From Planctomycetota bacterium (GTDB taxonomy: Bacteria > Planctomycetota > B15-G4 > SIAN01), in contig JANNXA010000007.1 of the NCBI GenBank assembly GCA_031409275.1, positions 68,770 through 132,769 of the forward strand: a DNA stretch of 64,000 bases, in the 5' to 3' direction. Positions within the stretch are counted from its first letter, which is position 1; every line of letters begins with the position of its first letter. Below, piece by piece: positions 10,061-18,603 of this stretch. Under the pieces are notes generated by a model, which was not told the DNA's origin, searched no databases, and was given only the letters and a program-made list of their open reading frames with translations. A program made the translations under genes and the position numbers.

Positions 10061-12608
10061 ACGGCGCGACTCTCGCGGCGCCGCCTTCGCGGTGCTGTTC
10101 GTCGTCGCGCTGCCGGTCGCGGCGCAGGAGGTTCCGGCGCCCGCGGTGACGCCGACGGCGCCGAGCGCCGACACGCCACCGATCGCCGCGCTGCTGAACG
10201 CCACCCGTCTCGACGTCGTGTCGAGCAAGGACTCCGACCAGGCGATCCTGGTGGCCGAGAATCTGTCGCTGCGGCTTGCCGACGGCACCATCGAGCTGCG
10301 CGCCGATCGCGCGATCCTCTGGGGCGATCGCGATCTGCTGCTCCTGCATCGCGTGGGCGGCGGTCGCCGCGACGAGGCTTTACCGCCGTTCGCGCCCGAA
10401 GTGCCGCCCGCGCCAGGTCGCGCACCGCTGGCGTTCGCCGGCGGATCCGCCGACTCGGTGTCGACGATGGTGCAGGGACTGCACGAGATCTACGCCGAGG
10501 GGCACGTCTACTTCCGCCAGGGCGCGGAGCAGGTGCTCTTCGCGCAGCAGCTCTACCAGCACCTGTTGGAACAGCGCGGCGTGCTGGTCGAGGCCGACGC
10601 GTTTGGTCGCTCGGCCTTCCGTGAATCAACGATCGACGTGCATGTCCGCGCTGCGGCGTTGCGCACGCTCGGGCCGCGTCAGCTGGTCGCCGAGGATGCG
10701 CAGTTCTCGACCTGCGCCTACGGCCATCCGCACTACCACGTGGAGAGCGGAACGCTGACGGTGACGCTGCGCGATCCGTTCGCGACGCCGGCAGCGGATG
10801 GCACGACGGCGGCACCCGGCATCGAGAGCCTCTCGCTGCGCGACAACTGGCTCGAGCTCGACGACAGCGCGTTCCTGCCGTTGCCCGGCTTCACCGCCCG
10901 CCTCGACGCCGGCGACGGGCTGCCGTTGAAGAAGGTGCGCGCCGGCCATTCGAAGCGCTTCGGCTCCTACCTGGAGACGCTTTGGGGTGCCGATCTGCCG
11001 GAGGAGTCGCTGGCGCTGCAGGAGGCGCTCGCGCTCGATCCGAAGCGGCCGCTCGAATTGGGCTGGGAGCTCGACGTCGATGGCTACTCGCGACGCGGCG
11101 GCGGCCTCGGTCCAGCGCTGCAATGGAAGGTGCCGGAGCTCATCGAGGGCGAGATCGGCGGCTTCTGGATTCATGACCGCCGCAGCGACGACTTCGGAGT
11201 GCCCTTCGAGATCGACCACGCCGACCGTGGCCGTGCCTACCTGCGCGACCGCTTCACGCCGATCGAGCACTGGCGCCTCGACACCGAAGTGCAGTGGCTC
11301 TCCGACCCCGGCTTCCAGCCGGAGTACTTCGAGCGCGAGTTCAAGGAAGAGAAGGAGCCGGAGAGCTACGCCCACCTGGTGCGCCAGGAAGAGCAGACGC
11401 GCTGGCGCTTCCTCTACCGCAACCGCCTGAATGACTTCACCACGCAGGTCGATCAGTTGCCGCGCGCCGGCTTCGACCACGTCGGCGAAACGCTCCTCAA
11501 AGTGCCGCTGCCGTCGTTCCTCGAGTACGAGCGGCGCCCCGCGTGGCTGGTGCTCACCCAGGCGCACGACATCGCCCACCAGCGGCTCCATCAAGCGGAT
11601 GGCGTCCTCGCCGACGACGAGCGCGTGCTGCGCGCCGATTCGCTGCTCGACCTCTCGACGACGCTCTCGCTCGGGCCGATGTCCTTGCGGCCCTTCACCG
11701 CGGGTCGCTTCACCGGCTGGAATCGCGACGCCAACGACAGCAGCCCGCTCGGCCGCGGCGCCGGGATCGCGGGCGCGCGCAGCGAGTGGATGGTGCATCG
11801 CAACTACGACGCGTGGTTCCCGTCGCTCGGCATCGACGGGTTGCGCCACGTGGTGCTGTTCGATGCCGACTACATGAACGTCTACGACGTCTCGCGCGAC
11901 CCGGCCGAGCTGGTGCAGATCGACGACATCGACGCCCTGACCGAGCGCGAGGTCTACCTGCTCGCGGTGCGCCAGCGCGTTCAGACCCATCGCGAGCGGC
12001 GCGATGTCGCCACCGGCAAGGTCATCGTCTCGACCGAGAACGCCTTCGAGCTCGACCTCGAGCAACCGCTCTACCCGCAGGCGCAGCGCGACAACATCGG
12101 CCCGATCGCCGGCACGACGGCCGGCCGCACCGCGGGGCCGCTTCACTACGACGCCGTGGTGCGGCCGGGGCTGCGCGACAAGATCCTGCGCGACGCCTAC
12201 GCCTGGTCCGAGGGCGACTGGAACTTCAACGATGGCGCGCTCGACACCGTCAGCGTCGGCGCGGCGCTGCAACCGACGCCGGACTGGACGACGCTGCTGA
12301 GCTGGCGCGTCACGCGCGGCTTCTCGCGCGTCATCACCGGCGAGCTCGATTGGCGCCTCACCGACAAGTGGTCGGTCGCGCTGCTCGAGCAGTACGACCT
12401 CGAACAGGACAACGGCCTCGAGCATCGCTACGAGCTGCGCCGCCACGGTCACGACTTCACGCTCGCCTTCGGCTTCGAGCGCGATCGCGGCGACGGCGAC
12501 CTCGCCTTCACCTTCTCCCTCTATCCGAGCTTCCTCTCGCGCGGTCGCGCGGGGCGCTCGCTCAGCTCGGGTCGCGGCGACCGGCCGCAGTTGAGCGAGG
12601 GGTACTGA
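10053..12608 (+). CDS. lptD: LPS-assembly outer membrane protein LptD
   Basis: Signal peptide, IYAEGHVYF, FSTC..GHPHY, YSRRGGGLG, SDPGFQPEYF..EF, beta-barrel-like C-terminus; GTG overlaps the upstream stop. Confidence 0.8.
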   Translation: MSERRDSRGAAFAVLFVVALPVAAQEVPAPAVTPTAPSADTPPIAALLNATRLDVVSSKDSDQAILVAENLSLRLADGTIELRADRAILWGDRDLLLLHRVGGGRRDEALPPFAPEVPPAPGRAPLAFAGGSADSVSTMVQGLHEIYAEGHVYFRQGAEQVLFAQQLYQHLLEQRGVLVEADAFGRSAFRESTIDVHVRAAALRTLGPRQLVAEDAQFSTCAYGHPHYHVESGTLTVTLRDPFATPAADGTTAAPGIESLSLRDNWLELDDSAFLPLPGFTARLDAGDGLPLKKVRAGHSKRFGSYLETLWGADLPEESLALQEALALDPKRPLELGWELDVDGYSRRGGGLGPALQWKVPELIEGEIGGFWIHDRRSDDFGVPFEIDHADRGRAYLRDRFTPIEHWRLDTEVQWLSDPGFQPEYFEREFKEEKEPESYAHLVRQEEQTRWRFLYRNRLNDFTTQVDQLPRAGFDHVGETLLKVPLPSFLEYERRPAWLVLTQAHDIAHQRLHQADGVLADDERVLRADSLLDLSTTLSLGPMSLRPFTAGRFTGWNRDANDSSPLGRGAGIAGARSEWMVHRNYDAWFPSLGIDGLRHVVLFDADYMNVYDVSRDPAELVQIDDIDALTEREVYLLAVRQRVQTHRERRDVATGKVIVSTENAFELDLEQPLYPQAQRDNIGPIAGTTAGRTAGPLHYDAVVRPGLRDKILRDAYAWSEGDWNFNDGALDTVSVGAALQPTPDWTTLLSWRVTRGFSRVITGELDWRLTDKWSVALLEQYDLEQDNGLEHRYELRRHGHDFTLAFGFERDRGDGDLAFTFSLYPSFLSRGRAGRSLSSGRGDRPQLSEGY

Positions 12609-12618
12609 GCGGCGCTGG

Positions 12619-14037
12619 TCAGTCGCGGATCGCGCGATCGGGAAGGTGGCGGACGGGGTCGGTCGCCTGGTCCAACGTGGCGAGCCGCAGCAACGCCAGC
12701 GCTTCACCAGCGGCGCCGAGCATCAAGTCGACGCTGTCGGCACCGCTGCTCGAGTCGTGCGTCGCGCCGCGCCGCCACTTGAGGCCGTCGCCGTCGGGCA
12801 CCGCGGCGTGGATCAGATAGTCGCCTGCGCGTGCGGCGAACGCGGCGTGCTCCGCGCGACCAGTGGCACGATGGAGATCGCAGAAAAAGTCGAGCGCGCC
12901 GGCGACGCCGCAGCAGAAGCTCGGCGGGAATGCGACCGGTGCGGCACCTCCAGCGGAACCGGCCGCCGCCTCGGCGGGCGCCTGCGCCATCACGAACCGC
13001 GCCGACGCCAGCGCGACCTCGAGGAAGCGCGCTTCGCCCGTCTGCTGATGCAGGAGCAGGAAGAGGCGCGCGGTGCCGGGCGGGCCGTGACACCATCCGC
13101 CAAGGGTCGCCTCCGTACCTGCGACCACCGGCCACGCCAGCCCGTCGCCGCGCGGGATCGAGTTCGCCATCAACCACGCGGCGCCATCGCGAGCCGCACC
13201 GGCGCAGTCGGCGTCACCCGTCGCGCCCGCCACTCGCGCCAGCGCGTAGGCGACACCCGCCGTGCCGTGGCTGAAGTTGACATAGGGCTGGTTGCCCGCG
13301 AGCTGCCATTGCCAGTGGAGCAGGCGCTGAGTGGCGCTGGGGCGCTCGATCGCCGCTTGCCGGATCAGCCAGCGCGAGGCCGCCAGCGCGGCATCGACGA
13401 AGCTCTCCTCGCCGCTCGCGTCGGCGACATCCAGCAGGAACAGGACCGTGCCAGCGGCGCCGTAGATGATCTCGACCTGTTGGTCCCACCAGAGCTCGTC
13501 GCCCTTCCGTACACCGCGCGCGACGATCGAGTCGCCGACCGCCACGGCCAGCGCCAACGCCTCGGCGTCGTCGCGCAACCGCGCGCGCGCGAGGAACGCC
13601 GCGCCAACCCCGGCATCGCCCATGTAGAGCGACGTCGCTCCTTCGCGCATGCCATCGGGCATCCACGTCAGCTCGCCCGACGGAGTGAGTTGGCGCGTCG
13701 CCAACAGGCCTTTCACGGCGGCATCGGCCAGCCGCCGCGCGCGCGCATCGCCCAAGACCGCCGCGGCGTTCTCGAGGAAGAGCAGCACGCCGCTGCTTCC
13801 GCCGTAGAGCTGCGCACCGAGGTTCGCGCTGCGCGTCTCCGGATCGACGAAGCGGATCGCCCCTTCTTCACCTTCGATCGGCGCGGCCTGCCGCTCGATC
13901 CAGTCGATGGCGCGCACGATGGTGGCGCGCACCGGGTCGGTCGCCTGCGCCGTCGGCACCGGCGCGACCTCCTGCGCCGTGAGCGGCGCCAGCAACCATG
14001 CGCAGGCGAGGCTGACTCCGATCGTGATCGATTGCAT
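12619..14037 (-). CDS. exported lanthionine synthetase C-like (LanC-like) protein
   Basis: Signal peptide; LYGGSSG, LYMGDAG, IYGAAG, FSHGTAG, GWCHGPPG, FCCGVAG, LMLGAAG motifs of the alpha/alpha toroid. Confidence 0.85.
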   Translation of the reverse strand: MQSITIGVSLACAWLLAPLTAQEVAPVPTAQATDPVRATIVRAIDWIERQAAPIEGEEGAIRFVDPETRSANLGAQLYGGSSGVLLFLENAAAVLGDARARRLADAAVKGLLATRQLTPSGELTWMPDGMREGATSLYMGDAGVGAAFLARARLRDDAEALALAVAVGDSIVARGVRKGDELWWDQQVEIIYGAAGTVLFLLDVADASGEESFVDAALAASRWLIRQAAIERPSATQRLLHWQWQLAGNQPYVNFSHGTAGVAYALARVAGATGDADCAGAARDGAAWLMANSIPRGDGLAWPVVAGTEATLGGWCHGPPGTARLFLLLHQQTGEARFLEVALASARFVMAQAPAEAAAGSAGGAAPVAFPPSFCCGVAGALDFFCDLHRATGRAEHAAFAARAGDYLIHAAVPDGDGLKWRRGATHDSSSGADSVDLMLGAAGEALALLRLATLDQATDPVRHLPDRAIRD

Positions 14038-14315
14038 TCGGCCGCTCCATTCGTGGGAGGGCGGACGCTACTGCAGCGCTTGACGATTTTCATCGAGCGA
14101 CTCGACGCACTGCTGCTGCTGGCGTTCGCGATCCCGGCGGTGGCGGAGCGCTTCACCGTCGGCTTCGCACCGATCTGCGGTTTCCTGCGCCGGACCATGG
14201 GCAGCGCAAACGGCGCCATCGCGTGGCTGTCGATGTCAGTCGCGCTGTCGTTCGCGTTGTGGGTCGCTTGAGCGGCGTCGTGTCAACGACCGCCAGCGCG
14301 CTGACCGCGCCTCGA

Positions 14316-15902
14316 TCAAGCTTTCGGCTTGGTCGCTGCGGGCGCGGGTGGCACCGCGTCCGCGGTCGCATCGCCGACGACCTTGCCGAAGAACTCGGGC
14401 ATCTTCACGCCGCCGACATCCTGCATGAGGTTCATCATCGGCGGGATCGAGCGCGCAAGGCTCTGGAGGAAGCCCGCCGCGCCACCGCTGCCGTCGACGC
14501 CCTTGCCCGAATCCCAGACGACGACCTTGTCGAACTTGATGTTGGAGATCGCGGTCGCCGCGGTCGCCGCCAGCGCCTCGACATGCTCCAGCATCATCAT
14601 CTGAAAGGCGGGCTGCGCGCCTCCGCACGCATCGATGATGCGCTTCAACCCTTCGCCCTTCTTGGCGAGGATCTCGTACTCGCCGCGCGCCTGCGCTTCG
14701 AGCTTGGCGTAGAGCCCCTTCGCCTCGCCTTCCGCCTCGATGCGCGTCTTCTCCGCCTGCGCCTCGGCGTCGACGATCTGCTTCGCCTTCGACGCCTTCG
14801 CGACCGCCTCGAACTCGCCGCGCTTCTCCTGCTCGATCCGCTCGGCGAGCGCCTGCATCGCACGCGCCTCGGCGATGTAGCCAGCCTCGGCAACCGCCGC
14901 CTGCGCCTCGCGGTGCTTGGTCTCCGCCGACTGGAACGCGGTCGCTTCCTTGATGCGCAGCTCGGCGTTGGTCGCGGCGATCTGCGCTTTCGAGTTGTTC
15001 TCGCCCACCACCGCCTTCGCGTTGGCGTCAGCGATCGCGATGCGCATCTGGCGCTCGCGCTCCTTGACCTGCGCCTCCTGCTCGAACGCCGCGGTCCGCT
15101 CGCCGACCGTCTTCTCCTTGGTCAGCTCGGCGATCTTCACGATCTGGTCGCGCTCGGCCTCCTTGGTGCCGATCTCCTGCAGCTTGCGCGCATTCGAGAC
15201 TTCGATCGCCTTCACTCGGTCGGCCGCGGCGACGCCGATGGCGCCCTTCTTCACCTGCTCGGCGACGTCGATGATCGCCTGCTGGACCGCTTCGCTGGCC
15301 GCCTTGCGGCCGATCGCCTCGATGTAGCCCGACTCATCCGTGATGTCGGTGATGTTGACGTTGATCAGGACGAGGCCGACCTTCTCGAGCTCGGGTTCGA
15401 GCGACTTCTGGATCGCGGCGAGGAACTGGTCGCGATTGCGATTGATGTCCTCGATGCGCATCGAGGCGATCACCTGGCGCAGCTGGCCGAAGATGATGTC
15501 CTCCGTCTGCTTGACGATCTGCGGGATCTGCAACCCGAGCAGGCGGATGGCGGCGTTCTGCATCGGGACCGGATCGGTGCCGATGGCGACAGTGAACACG
15601 CTCGGGACGTTGACGCGGATGTTCTCCGCCGACAAGGCGCCCTTCAGCGGGATGCCGATCTGCATCGGCTCGAGGTGGAGGAAGTCGTAGTCCTGGATCA
15701 GCGGCCACACGAAGGCGCCGCCGCCGTGCAGCGTCTTGGCCGAGCGGCCTTCGCTGGTCTTGCCGTAGATGACCAGGATCTTGTTGCTGGGGCAGCGCTT
15801 GTAGCGCTTGGCCAGGAGCACGACGAAGCCGAACAGGATCAGGACAGCGGCGACCACCATCGCGAGGGTGAATGGATTCTGGCCGGCGAGTTCAGGGGGC
15901 AT
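14316..15902 (-). CDS. flotillin/SPFH family protein
   Basis: TM anchor, RYKRCPSNKILVIYG, NINVPS-like VNVPSVFTVAI, NVNITDITD, AEA-rich coiled coil, IKFDKVVVWD. Confidence 0.92.
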   Translation of the reverse strand: MPPELAGQNPFTLAMVVAAVLILFGFVVLLAKRYKRCPSNKILVIYGKTSEGRSAKTLHGGGAFVWPLIQDYDFLHLEPMQIGIPLKGALSAENIRVNVPSVFTVAIGTDPVPMQNAAIRLLGLQIPQIVKQTEDIIFGQLRQVIASMRIEDINRNRDQFLAAIQKSLEPELEKVGLVLINVNITDITDESGYIEAIGRKAASEAVQQAIIDVAEQVKKGAIGVAAADRVKAIEVSNARKLQEIGTKEAERDQIVKIAELTKEKTVGERTAAFEQEAQVKERERQMRIAIADANAKAVVGENNSKAQIAATNAELRIKEATAFQSAETKHREAQAAVAEAGYIAEARAMQALAERIEQEKRGEFEAVAKASKAKQIVDAEAQAEKTRIEAEGEAKGLYAKLEAQARGEYEILAKKGEGLKRIIDACGGAQPAFQMMMLEHVEALAATAATAISNIKFDKVVVWDSGKGVDGSGGAAGFLQSLARSIPPMMNLMQDVGGVKMPEFFGKVVGDATADAVPPAPAATKPKA

Positions 15903-15920
15903 CGATACGTTCTCCTTCGA

Positions 15921-16496
15921 TCAGGGAGCTTCGAGCGCGGTGACTTCGATGGTGTCGGCGGCGTGCAGCGCAACGACCTTCACGGGAACTCCGGTCGGCA
16001 GCGCCGGGCCATGCGAGATCGCCTTCAACTCGACCGTGCGACCCTGCAGCGCCAGCGTGACCTTGCCGAGCCCTTCGCCGCCGCCCGGCACGCTCAGGTA
16101 GACGGTGCCACTCAGTCCGACGGCTCGCTCGAGGCGGACGTTGCCGCGCGACTGCAGCCGGGCGAGCCCCTTCATCATCCACGCGACTCCGGTCAGCGCG
16201 AACGCACCCGCGATCAGCGCGAGGAGGAACCCGTTGGTGGGATCGACGTGGGACCACTCGCTCGCGAGACCAGCGAGTCCGAAGAAGGTGAGGAAGGCGA
16301 CGATCGTCTTCAGCGTGAAGAGCTTGACGAAGACGTCGCCGTCGACATGTCCCTCGCCGGAGTGCCCGGCCTCGTGCGCGTCGTCGAAGCCGCCGTGCGC
16401 GTCGTGATGGCCGCCACCGATCAGCGACAGGAGGGTCTGCAAGACGAGGACGGTGCCGCCGACCGCAGCGCAACCGAAGTAGACGTTCTGGAGCAT
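15921..16496 (-). CDS. NfeD-like membrane protein (flotillin partner)
   Basis: TM helices, His/Asp-rich loop, C-terminal OB-like GTVYLSVP..GKV; directly upstream of the flotillin gene. Confidence 0.85.
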   Translation of the reverse strand: MLQNVYFGCAAVGGTVLVLQTLLSLIGGGHHDAHGGFDDAHEAGHSGEGHVDGDVFVKLFTLKTIVAFLTFFGLAGLASEWSHVDPTNGFLLALIAGAFALTGVAWMMKGLARLQSRGNVRLERAVGLSGTVYLSVPGGGEGLGKVTLALQGRTVELKAISHGPALPTGVPVKVVALHAADTIEVTALEAP

Positions 16497-16616
16497 CGAG
16501 TACCCCCAACGCGCGCGCCGTTCGTGCGCGGGTCGGGCTGGAACCGCGGCGCGAGCGTGGCGCATGCTACTGCGCGACGGAGGGTGCGGTTCGCCGCTCT
16601 GGCACGGCCCGCTGCT

Positions 16617-16934
16617 TCAGCGCGTCCGCGCCGGCTGCGATCCCGACGCGAACAGGGCCTCCAGCAACCCGTGCTGGCCTCCCTGCACGATCAACCACAC
16701 GCCGCCGGCACCCAACGCCACGTCGAGCGTCAACGTGATGGGAGTGATGACGATCGCGGTGATCGTCCCGCCATCGGTCCAGTCGATCACGCCGCGCGAC
16801 TCCTTCGGCAGCTCATTCCAAACGGCGCTGGTGATGCAGCCCGCCAGCAGAAGCGGTGCAACGACAGCGAACCGGACTGCCGCGCGGCCGGCCGCAGCGA
16901 ACGAACGCCAGCGACCAATAGAACGCGCGGGCAT
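16617..16934 (-). CDS. small hypothetical lipoprotein
   Basis: LLLAG-C lipobox; TPITLTLDV hydrophobic segment. Confidence 0.5.
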   Translation of the reverse strand: MPARSIGRWRSFAAAGRAAVRFAVVAPLLLAGCITSAVWNELPKESRGVIDWTDGGTITAIVITPITLTLDVALGAGGVWLIVQGGQHGLLEALFASGSQPARTR

Positions 16935-17221
16935 GCGGGAACTCCGAGCTTGGCGACGTTGTCGCTGAAGCCGGCCGTCACGATCGCATTGGTGCCTTCG
17001 ATGGTCCGGATCGACTCGGTCGCGCCATCCGCAGAGTGGAGACTCATCGTCGTCACCGACTCGCGCGCTGGCGCATTCGCCGGAGCGTCGGTGACGTGAT
17101 CATCGGGTGCCCTTCGGCCAGCGCCGGCAGCTCCTCGAGCGGGACGGCGACCTTGATCATGTCGGCGATCATGTCGGCCGCGGTCGACGCCCTGCACCGA
17201 CTCCCCTTCCGTCTCCGTGAA

Positions 17222-18496
17222 CTACGGCGGTGCGCCGCTCTTGCCGCCCGCCTCGCCCGGCCTCTGCACTTCCGCCAGCAGCTCCTTCACCTTCGCCGCC
17301 ATCGCCTCGTCGCGCAGGTCCTTCGCGCGGATCACGCCTTTGGCATCGACGATGTAGATCGTCGGCCAACCGCTGACGTTCCACGCGCTCGCGATCGGGC
17401 CCGACGTGTTGCCGCCGTCCCAGAAGCTGCGCCAGGAGATGCCCTCCTTGACCATCGCGTCGCGCAGCACGTCCTTCGGATCGCTGTTGATGCCGACCAG
17501 GGCGAACGGCGCATCCTTCAGTTCAGCCACGAGCGACCGCTCGTGCGGGATCATGGCCCGGCAAGGGCCTCACCAGAAACCCCAGAAGTCGAGCACGACC
17601 ACCTTGCCGCGGTAGTCCGACAGCTTGAACTTCACGCCGTCGAGGTCTTCGCCCTCGATCTCCGGCGCCACCTTGCCGATCTGCAGGTTGCGCAGCTCGA
17701 ACAGCTGCGCCTCCGCCATCTTCCCGAGCGAACCGCGCCGCGGATGCGACACGTCGGCGAACTCCTTCGTCACCTTCTCGAACAGCGCCTCGCTCGCGGC
17801 GGTGTCGGCGGCGACGTCGGACTGCTCGAGGAAGGCGATGAACTCGTCCCCGTAATACTGGCGATAGCTCGGGCCCTGCTCCGCGTCGGCCTTGATGCTC
17901 TCCCAGCGTTCGCGCAGGCTCGCGTGGCTGGCGAGTCGCCACGCCAGCGTGATCGTCGCGAAGCCCTGCACGTCGTGGTGCGGGCTGCTCGCGATGACGG
18001 CGCGCAGGAACGGCTCGACCTTCATCGAGTTGGGGCCGTAGCGCAGCGACCCGATCAGGTCCGCGAGCGCCGGGCTCGCCAGATGGTCGGCCTGCAGCGT
18101 GTCGAGGATCTGCTCCGCGACCGCGCGTTCCTGATTCTGGCGCAGCACCCAGGTGAAGCACTCGATCGCGAGCGGATCGCCCTTCGCCTGCTGCCCGATC
18201 GCCAGGATGCGCGGCACGTACTCCGCCGCCTCGGGATAGCTCTCGGCGACCTTCTGCTTTTCCTCGTCGCTGGTCGCCGCCTTGTAGCGCGCGGAGAAGT
18301 CGTTCTGCTTCTTCATGTACTCGTCGCGCAACGCGACGAACTGCTCGCGCAACGACTCGACCGTCGTTGCCGCCGCGGCTCGAGCGGCCGGCGTCTCCGC
18401 AGCGGGTGCGACCGGAACGGGCGGTGCGCCTTGTTGGGGAGGCGCGGCAATCGGCACCGCGCACGCCAGCAACGCGCCCTGCATCCATCGAACCAT
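17222..18496 (-). CDS. exported TlpA/thioredoxin-like selenoprotein (UGPC; Sec at residue 309), 424 aa
   Basis: ORFs 17570..18757 and 17222..17554 share a frame and are joined by TGA 17570-17572: VVLDFWGFW-TGA-GPCRAMIPHERSLV; AGGAGG RBS; signal peptide; WNVSGWPTIYIVD. Confidence 0.88.
17528..17545 (-). promoter_or_regulatory. putative bacterial SECIS hairpin CACGAGC-GGTC-GCTCGTG
   Basis: 7-bp perfect stem with GGUC loop starting 31 nt 3' of the in-frame UGA; identical in the paralogue. Confidence 0.75.
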
Positions 18497-18603
18497 CGGC
18501 GGGTCCTCCTGCTTCGAATGAACGGTCCGCAGTATGGCGTCGCGCACCGGTCCGTACACTCGGCGCGCGTCTCCCCTCGATCGCCACCGGAAAGCCGAAC
18601 TCG

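Noticed and set aside
14053..14271. Short hydrophobic ORF between the LanC-like and flotillin genes, considered as a lanthipeptide precursor
   Set aside because: Membrane-like, one Cys, no leader motif or clear RBS; more likely a remnant or spurious
14223..17099. Long alternative-frame ORFs (958 aa here; also 18313..21273, 24775..27972, 10626..12707, 49419..51662)
   Set aside because: Arg-rich shadows of real genes, expected at this GC content; no family motifs
16935..17200. Coding-like fragments (MIKVAVPLEELPALAEG; IRTIEGTNAIVTAGFSDN)
   Set aside because: No continuous ORF or family I can name
17570..17572. Genome-wide TGA reassignment (Trp/Gly) as the cause of the in-frame TGAs
   Set aside because: Many clear genes (kdsC, ada, katG, fur) end at TGA at their expected C-termini, and the TlpA TGAs fall at a catalytic Cys position
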